A stretch of 21,581 nucleotides of DNA from positions 1 through 21,581 of the forward strand of contig JADGIF010000091.1 of assembly GCA_018985225.1 (NCBI GenBank), written 5' to 3'. The position numbers and the translations under genes are program-made. Source of the DNA: Amoeboradix gromovi X-113 (taxonomy: Eukaryota > Fungi > Sanchytriomycota). Of this stretch, positions 10,181-16,540 are shown in pieces. Below the pieces are notes generated by a model. It had not been told where the DNA came from. It worked only from the letters and a program-made list of their open reading frames with translations, and ran no database searches. Position 1 is the stretch's first letter; every line of letters starts with the position of its first letter.

Positions 10181-10291
10181 GGGTAAAGCCATACTTCAAA
10201 TAGATTTGAAGTTTCAATAACGTTGAATGTTGAACGGATATTATTATTTTTGAAACTGGAGCATTAGAAGCACACTCACTGCTATCACACG

Positions 10292-10456
10292 CTGCTTAAG
10301 TGCTAAAGAGAAAATGTGGATACTTTGCAGGCACTGAAGTCCAAGTTGTGGGGTTTCCTGGCGTAAACCCCTGAGTGCATTAAATCTTATTATCTGCAGT
10401 TACCCCTCATGCACCGATGTCAGGGAGGGAGATTTGCTTCAGTGCTACCGCGTCGT
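10292..10456. repeat. Rearranged partial duplicate of the tectonin-like gene (two pieces in opposite orientations)
   Basis: 10332-10456 is an ungapped direct copy of 8653-8777 (minus strand DAVALKQISLPDIGA*GVTADNKI*CTQGF..TTWTSV). 10292-10321 matches the reverse complement of 8783-8812 at 29/30 nt. Confidence 0.9.
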
Positions 10457-10458
10457 CC

Positions 10459-11187
10459 ATGTTCATAACTGGTTTTGGCCCTTTTCCGAGAGTGAAAGAA
10501 AACCCATCTTTAGAGGTGGTTAAGTCATTTATTGGTGATAACAGATTGGCAATTTTGCCAAGAGATAAATTTGTTATAACTGAGTGGGTAAAATTAGTAC
10601 TGAACAATTTTTATGGAAGTTTTGTCAAGCTGTTTGTAGGCTCTACTGATTCATGTATTTTGGATCTACTGGGTTCCTTGCAGATAACAGACAATTCATC
10701 TGAAAGTAATTTAAGACTGTTTTTTGATTTTAATGAGGTAAAATTGCCGGTTTGCTTACCTATCTGTTGTGCCGTTTCTTATGAATACGTTCAGAAAATA
10801 ATAGAGTTTTATTGGAAACAACCATTTCAGTATTCTATCCATGTTGGAGTTGGACAGCCTGGTGCGTACAAATTGGAATTGCTTGGAAATATTAACCACT
10901 CGTCACCGGATATTTACGACTCATTGCCCACTGTGGTTCCTTTCAAATCGGTACATACCGTGTTGCCGGTTGCTCAAGTATTTCGGAGATTAAGGGATAA
11001 ATTCAATGTGGAATTGAGTACAGATGCCGGATCATACGTGTGTGACTATACCATGGCTATTGCGAATTATTGTTCGCGCGGAAGAAGTCTATTTATACAC
11101 GTGCCATCAGATGGTCAAGTTTCGGAAATGATACGGTTTGTAAATGAAGTGAATTCTATATTACAGGAGATTCTGGACAATCAATAA
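10459..11187 (+). CDS. Pyroglutamyl-peptidase I (peptidase C15 family)
   Basis: Motifs ITGFGPF..V.ENPS, IHVGV, YKLE (catalytic Glu), STDAGSYVCDY (catalytic Cys) and LFIHVP (catalytic His). An alternative ATG at 10417 lies inside the tectonin relic. Confidence 0.88.
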   Translation: MFITGFGPFPRVKENPSLEVVKSFIGDNRLAILPRDKFVITEWVKLVLNNFYGSFVKLFVGSTDSCILDLLGSLQITDNSSESNLRLFFDFNEVKLPVCLPICCAVSYEYVQKIIEFYWKQPFQYSIHVGVGQPGAYKLELLGNINHSSPDIYDSLPTVVPFKSVHTVLPVAQVFRRLRDKFNVELSTDAGSYVCDYTMAIANYCSRGRSLFIHVPSDGQVSEMIRFVNEVNSILQEILDNQ

Positions 11188-11363
11188 ACGTTCAATAGCC
11201 GATTCCGTTTGCTATTTATTGACTCTTGCACTTCACCTTACCGACTAGACATGTGGGACATCAAAATCAAGAGATCTAGTTTAAATACTTGATGTTGAAC
11301 GTTTGTCATTTTTCTTCTACATTTCAAATAGAAAACATCAAGGACTTAAGCGATTTCGTAATT

Positions 11364-11417
11364 CCTCGCAAAACGTCCTGATTTCCGAAAGAATCAGTAG
11401 TTTCAATAGAGGAACTG
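11364..11417 (-). mobile_element. Diverged solo 3' end of the Fanzor2-like element
   Basis: Minus strand ...CTGATTCTTTCGGAAATCAGGACGTTTTGCGAGG versus ...CGATTTTCTCGGAAATCAGGACTTTTAACGAGG at 12152-12184. Confidence 0.7.
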
Positions 11418-11754
11418 AGGAAAGTTCCGCAATTGATTACAAGAGATAATGAGGAGTACTCATAACTATAGAAAGATGACCAATTAGTGACGGAGGTCGC
11501 TTGATCACTATAGATAATTTATTGAGTCGAAAACGGTTACTGCGATACCTGCTTCATAGTAAACAATATGAAGTACATAAAATGATTTAAACAGCTCGAT
11601 TGTCTTCATGAATAAATCATTTATCGCGAATTTGTATGCATGTTTGTATAATTTCAAGACTTTTCCAGACTTTTCTAATAGCTCAAATACTAGATATTCT
11701 TCCATTTCGCAAATGGTAAATCAATTCTAAATAAATAACTAGTAGGTACAGCAT

Positions 11755-12069
11755 ACAAAGACATATGATCTGATATACTTACCCTCGTTGGATACGAGCC
11801 AGATGCTAAGTAGCTTGTCGAGCAAGGTCGCAAGAAACATGTCTACAATGTCCCATTACGCATTCAAGGAACGCTTGAAGTTCAAGTGCAAACAAAGAGG
11901 AAAGACGGTAATCGAATGTAATGAGTCATTTACTAGTCAGACATGTACAAGGTGTGGTACTCTAAAGAAAACCAACTTAGAAACCTACACATGTACCAAT
12001 TGTCATTTGAAGATAGATAGAGACCATATGGCAGCAAGGAACATATACATCAAGTATCTGCATCCTTAT
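11755..12069 (+). pseudogene. 5'-truncated Fanzor2 (TnpB-like RNA-guided nuclease): RuvC-II, zinc finger, RuvC-III
   Basis: Reads TKTYDLIYLPSLDTSQM...SHYAFKERLKFKC...CNESFTSQTCTRCG...YTCTNCHLKIDRDHMAARNIYIKYLHP. RuvC-I/WED/REC are absent. Codon 12067-12069 is TAT here but TAA in the copy at 14276-14278. Confidence 0.9.
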
Positions 12070-12184
12070 TCAATCCCGCCTCAGGGTAGTGAAAGCGTGA
12101 GCAATCACTGTAACGGAGAATTTAGCACTGCTAGTTTCTCTGTGGAATTCTCGATTTTCTCGGAAATCAGGACTTTTAACGAGG
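12070..12184 (+). ncRNA. Putative Fanzor omegaRNA scaffold
   Basis: Lies between the nuclease C-terminus and the element end; conserved wholly or partly in five copies. Hairpins: TAGTGA-aa-GC-GTGA-GC-aa-TCACTG, CGGAGAA..TAGC-ACT-GCTA..TTCTCTG and GATTTT-CTCG-GAAATC. Expression cannot be seen from sequence. Confidence 0.65.
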
Positions 12185-12560
12185 AGCAGATCTAATAAAT
12201 ATTTTGACGACAATCTGTTTGCTAATGAAAGAACATACAGACCAACAGCAAAAATCTTCAAATCTTGCTGTGCTCAAAACCGCTAAGTAATCATTCCTAT
12301 CATACGATTCAAAAAAGGTTACAGAAAACAGACTAGATCATTTTCGCCTTGTTAGCAACAGTCAATGGAGCTAAGCTATTTTTAACTGATACCTCAACCG
12401 AAATAATAGGTCATTAGCATTACTACGTATATTTTCAGAACACATCTTTGTTTGTGTGGTGCGAGCTATATTGTATCAGTTCTAAAAAACAAGTTGATGT
12501 CAAAACGGAAATATGGCAATTTTTTAAGAGTCTAAAAATGATTTCTATGGAATGTGAACG

Positions 12561-12675
12561 CCTTATAAAAAGTACTGATTCTGTATAGAGTCAAGAATTA
12601 CCACAGAGAAACTAGAAAAGCCAGTCGCTGATTTACGGTATTTGCTCACACTTCCAAAACCTTCAGACTAGATTG
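12561..12675 (-). mobile_element. Diverged solo omegaRNA-like/3' end copy of the Fanzor2-like element
   Basis: CCACAGAGAAACTAG is identical to the other copies (reverse orientation). Flanking similarity runs from CCTTATAAAAAGTACTGATT to TGCTCAC.CTT.CA..ACC....GATTG. No coding part is recognisable. Confidence 0.75.
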
Positions 12676-13008
12676 CCATCTGGTTTCTGTTTGCCTTCGC
12701 ATAATAGTGTAATTGCTGATAAATAAGATAATCAAGTTTTTATACGCTTTGAATTCCAGAAAGAGAGTAAATTGGAGCGGCATAACTCATGCGATAACAA
12801 CAAATGGTTTACTCAACTAAACTCGAGACTTGTTAGGAAGTGACGAGAGACCTAGTTGGTAGGAGGAATGATAAAATAATTCGCTTGGTATATAGGCAGC
12901 ACAATATGGGGTACTTCTTGGAGAATTAGACATTTCGGTTTTCAGAATGACTATCCCTATATACAACTAGTTTTCTCGTTTCCTTTTCGTTTCGAGTTTT
13001 GACTTCTA

Positions 13009-13269
13009 ATGTCAAAGGTCCAAATCAGACTGTTTGCAATGGGTTCTTCACCACAAATACGGCAGAACCAACTAAAGATTAGTGATCAGACTTCCATAGC
13101 CCAGCTCTTGGTGTTTATTAAGAAACAAATCAAAGTAGAGCAATTATTTCTTTACATTAACAATCAATTCTCTCCTTCTATGAACGAGGTATTGTGTGAC
13201 ATTGTAAATGTATACGGCAAAGACGGAAACATAATGATCTATTATTCTACAACACCTGCAATGGGTTAA
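13009..13269 (+). CDS. ATG12: Ubiquitin-like autophagy protein Atg12
   Basis: 86 aa; KVQIRLFAMGSSP, LFLYINNQFSPS and C-terminal YSTTPAMG ending in the conjugating Gly. Confidence 0.92.
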   Translation: MSKVQIRLFAMGSSPQIRQNQLKISDQTSIAQLLVFIKKQIKVEQLFLYINNQFSPSMNEVLCDIVNVYGKDGNIMIYYSTTPAMG

Positions 13270-13300
13270 TAAATTTTTGATTTGTAAAACGCTCCTTTTA

Positions 13301-13894
13301 ATGCTAAAGGTTAGAAAACTCAACACAATTTACAGAATTCCAATCGTCTATGGAAACTATGCAGTACAAATTGCTCAGGCAGAAAATGCTCAAGAGCCGG
13401 AAAGGCATACCCACAGGTGGACACTCTATGTTCGGGGCGTAAATGGAGAAGACATTAGTTATTATATCAAAAAAATAGAGTTTAAACTGCATGAGTCTTT
13501 TGACGAGCCCATAAGAACTATTAGTAGCCCGCCTTATGAGGTTACGGAAACGGGTTGGGGCGAGTTCAGTACTTCCATGAGATTATTCTTTATTGACAGT
13601 TCTGAAAAACCGGTCGTCTTAACTCACAATCTCGCTCTTTTTGATCATAAAGACTTACCTAACACTCTCAAAGTCGAACCGTATAAAGAGGGCGTAAAGA
13701 GCGAGTACTACGATGAATTAATTTTCCAAGATGCTACAACAGAAATGGCAAAAATATTAGAAGAAAATCATAGCAAGTCAATCCCAATTCATGAGAATGT
13801 TGACTGCTTCTATACCAAAGAATTAGAGGAGCAACTGATGCTAGAATTTGACGACTTAGAAGCAGAGATTTTGGCAGAGTTGGAAGGCAAATAA
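13301..13894 (+). CDS. YAF9: YEATS-domain protein Yaf9/GAS41 (NuA4/SWR1 subunit)
   Basis: Motifs PIVYGN.A, HTHRWTLYVRG, FKLHESF..P.R and PPYEVTETGWGEF, plus V.SE.YDELIF. First ATG at 13301. Confidence 0.92.
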   Translation: MLKVRKLNTIYRIPIVYGNYAVQIAQAENAQEPERHTHRWTLYVRGVNGEDISYYIKKIEFKLHESFDEPIRTISSPPYEVTETGWGEFSTSMRLFFIDSSEKPVVLTHNLALFDHKDLPNTLKVEPYKEGVKSEYYDELIFQDATTEMAKILEENHSKSIPIHENVDCFYTKELEEQLMLEFDDLEAEILAELEGK

Positions 13895-14154
13895 ATTGCA
13901 GTCATTTTACTTATGAAAAATGCTCTTAAACAAGAACTCTCTGGTTAAAAGTCTTATTAATGTCTGAAAGTCTGAGACTACAATTATGTTATCTAGAACA
14001 AGTATTTGAAAAATGAATTTCCTTAGAGCAAAGACAATAAATTTATATACAGCGTAGATCGTAAATAGATTGCTTAAGAGCAATTTTACCAGTTCACCCT
14101 TGGTAAAGACAACAGATATGTTTGATTCCGCTAAGTTTGTGCAAATATGGGAAT

Positions 14155-14728
14155 TAAGTACTTTGATTAAAAGTCCTGATTTCCGAGAAAATCGAGAATT
14201 CCACAGAGAAACTAGCAATGCTAGATCTCCGTTACAGTGATCGCTCACGCTTTCACTACCCTGAGGCGGGATTGATTAAGGATGCAGATACTTGATGTAT
14301 ATGTTCCTTGCTGCCATATGATCTCTATCTATCTTCAAATGACACTTTGTACAGGTTCAGGTTTCTAAGTTGGTTTTCTTTAAAGTACCATACCTCGTAC
14401 ATGGCATCGGATTTGTTCCTTGGTGCCATGTGGTCCATGTCGACTTCCAAATGACACTATGTGCATGAATAGCTCTCCAAATTGGTTTTCTTTAGAGTGC
14501 CACATACTGTACATGGCATCTAATTCTTCCATGTTTGGACCAGCTTATCAGTCTGAGACGAATGTATGCTGCACCTGTTAATTATTTATTTAGAATTGAT
14601 ATACCATTTGCGAAAAGGAAGAATATCGAGTGTTTAAGCTATTAGGAAAATCTGGAAAAGTCTTGAAATGATACAAAAATATATACAAATTCGCGATTAA
14701 TGATTTATTCAAGAAAACAATCGAGCTG
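14155..14728 (-). mobile_element. Second non-autonomous Fanzor2-like element, inverted relative to 11592-12184, with a tandemly repeated zinc-finger/RuvC-III segment
   Basis: Minus strand order: shared left segment (14728-14563), short unique linker, two 112-bp-period units (PCTVCGTLKKTNLESYSCT*CHLEVDMDHMAPRN; PCTRYGTLKKTNLET*TCTKCHLKIDRDHMAARNIYIKYLHP*), then a 3' end nearly identical to 12070-12179. Confidence 0.9.
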
Positions 14729-14886
14729 CCCAGGTCTGCAAAATTAAATTTAACAATCTGATTTATCATCTTGACCAATAAGGGATTGTTTACATAGCTC
14801 AGCAGAATTATTCTGTTATATTTAGTTTTAAGAAAGCTCTAACTCGAGTAATTGGCCTAGTGTATAAGTTTAAATCATGTTTATTT

Positions 14887-15270
14887 CTATTTCACAAATT
14901 TGAATCCTCCCGCGAAGCAAAATACTAATTCACCATCTTGATCCTTTGCTTCTAGCTTTATTGAGTAGTCCCCACCTGGAGCAATACCGGGAAGATTGAA
15001 TTCCTTCTTGGCGATGTTTGGACCATAGATTGGACAAGGTAAGAATGTGCAGATGTCTTCATTCTTTTCTGCTACACCAAATCCTCTATACTTCACTGAG
15101 ACTTTTATAGTTCCAGCAGTAATTTGCTTGTGAAAGTTACCAGCAGCTACAACCGATGCGGGAACATTTGGTTTAATCACGTCATCGAAATCTAAAGATT
15201 CAATTTCAAAAGTACCTTTACTGCTGCAAGATGCAATTGAAGCTAATGCTAGTGACAAAATAAAGACCAT
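14887..15270 (-). CDS. Secreted ML-domain (MD-2-related lipid recognition, NPC2-like) protein
   Basis: Signal peptide MVFILSLALASIA; motifs DIC....CPI.G and LP.IAP.G.Y.IKLEAKDQDG.LVFCF. Confidence 0.85.
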   Translation of the reverse strand: MVFILSLALASIASCSSKGTFEIESLDFDDVIKPNVPASVVAAGNFHKQITAGTIKVSVKYRGFGVAEKNEDICTFLPCPIYGPNIAKKEFNLPGIAPGGDYSIKLEAKDQDGELVFCFAGGFKFVK

Positions 15271-15768
15271 TATCAAAAAACTCTTCTTGCCTTAAATAGC
15301 GGTATGTGTATGAGATCAACCGTGTATGGTATAAAAATTATTAAAAAACCAATTGTTCCAGTATCGCCAAGTGGTTGATAGCCATTATTTAGCCGCGGGA
15401 GAAGTAAAGTTTAAGCGACCATCCACAGTTTCAATGAAATTGCGCATGGAAAACAAGGCAAATTACGATATTCCTTGACACTTATATCCACTGTGAAAGT
15501 AATTTGAGACATGCAATCAGAAGCTGACCCCTTCTCTCTAGATAGTTCAGTGGTGTACACAATGGATACCCTGAAGGGATCGCTGCTTTAAAGCTAATTT
15601 TTGCCATTCAGTCTCTTCATAAAAGATGCAGTATCTCATTAAAATAGCCTGTGAGCGTAGTCATCACCCCATAAACGTCTCTTGGCACCTTTCCCTGAAT
15701 GAAAGCCATAAAGACGTTCTGCTTTATGGAATAACGACTTTTCTATACAAACTGATTTACTTGTTTAA

Positions 15769-16104
15769 TTAGCTTTGCTTAAAAGAAGGTTCCACCACTG
15801 TCGCATTGTACATCGCATCTATACGTTCCAAAATTACCTCCAGTTCTATCTTTTGCAGCTGATGTATGTCCGTCAGTAAATATCCACTGTATTTTAACTG
15901 CTCTATCAATGAATATACTGTCAATTTAGGCACAATAAGTTCGTCATTCCACTCTGACAATGTGGTAGATTTCCCTCCAAATAATGGTACAGGCATCCCT
16001 CTTCCGATCTGATATATCGACCCAATCTTTCCACTTTTGGACACAATCAGCACATCATCATTCCCATATTTTCTGTGCTTTATGACGATTTCCCCAATTG
16101 ACAT
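15769..16104 (-). CDS. Small protein, possibly proteasome assembly chaperone 3 (PAC3/PSMG3)-like
   Basis: 111 aa. KYGNDDVLIVSKSGKIGSIYQI...LFG resembles the PAC3 pattern F.D.I.V.VTQ.GKIG...VLLG. Family call tentative. Confidence 0.5.
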   Translation of the reverse strand: MSIGEIVIKHRKYGNDDVLIVSKSGKIGSIYQIGRGMPVPLFGGKSTTLSEWNDELIVPKLTVYSLIEQLKYSGYLLTDIHQLQKIELEVILERIDAMYNATVVEPSFKQS

Positions 16105-16221
16105 GAAAAATAAATTTTGTGTAGCTGATTTATATTATAAGATATATCACGTATGTTCAATGCGAAGACCTGAAATAAATCAGACTTCACATTTCTCAAG
16201 TGTAGACAATCTTGGTGGGTG

Positions 16222-16350
16222 TCATTTAAGCGTATTTTTGCATGGGCTGATATCTATGTGGGCTTCAAAACCACAATTGAGGCATTTGAATCTTCTCGAA
16301 TGTAAGTTTTCTCTCTAGTCAAGCGGATTCTGACATGATACATGCTGGCA
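16222..16350 (-). pseudogene. Relic C-terminus of a second TnpB/Fanzor-like family
   Basis: Minus strand CQHVSCQNPLD*RENLHSRRFKCLNCGFEAHIDISPCKNTLK* fits the TnpB pattern F.C..CG...(H/D).D.NA..NI. No DNA similarity seen to the first family. Confidence 0.6.
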
Positions 16351-16540
16351 GAGAGAGAACAAGCTTCGAGAAAGTAAAAAACAATATTAAATCATTACGA
16401 CGCCAATTATAAGCACAAGATAGAGCATTTGCAGCATCTCAAACAATGAACTATAGTACGGATTAGTGTAAACATACGCACCTTTATAATGAACTAGCCT
16501 AGCTATTATAGACTCTCTCCCAATTCAAGTAGATCAATTT

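Larger units (their letters stand above)
11592..12184 (+). mobile_element. Non-autonomous Fanzor2/IS607-TnpB-like element (deletion derivative): ~165-bp left segment, C-terminal part of the nuclease and structured 3' end
   Basis: 11592-11757 is shared with 14563-14728 (inverted). Nuclease fragment spans 11755-12066. The 3' region is shared with four other copies. Confidence 0.88.

Noticed and set aside
10350-10371. GGGGTTT...AAACCCC hairpin as a terminator
   Set aside because: Falls inside the tectonin relic (codons GFTPGNP), has no U-tract, and the context is eukaryotic.
11485-11510. TAGTGA...TCACTA stem resembling omegaRNA hairpin 1
   Set aside because: Spacing to the 11.4-kb end copy is ~50 nt too long and the loop does not align; left unassigned.
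11775-11783. ATACTTACC, identical to the U1 snRNA 5' end
   Set aside because: Lies within Fanzor codons (I-Y-L-P); no U1 structure or Sm site follows.
12067-12195. C-terminal 42-aa extension of the 135-aa Fanzor ORF in the track
   Set aside because: It reads through the putative omegaRNA because TAA (present in the 14.28-kb copy) is TAT here; probably not a real domain.
13907-14248. 113-aa minus-strand ORF (also 12070-12261 and 14590-14778)
   Set aside because: Non-ATG starts; these are translations of the repeated element's non-coding parts and AT-rich flank.
6645-14728. Repeated scaffold plus variable flank interpreted as a CRISPR array
   Set aside because: Copies are dispersed, in both orientations, irregularly spaced and attached to nuclease remnants; no cas genes; eukaryotic context.
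15596-15603. Sm-site-like AATTTTTG suggesting an snRNA
   Set aside because: Common in AT-rich DNA; no U2, U4, U5 or U6 signature motifs recognised nearby.
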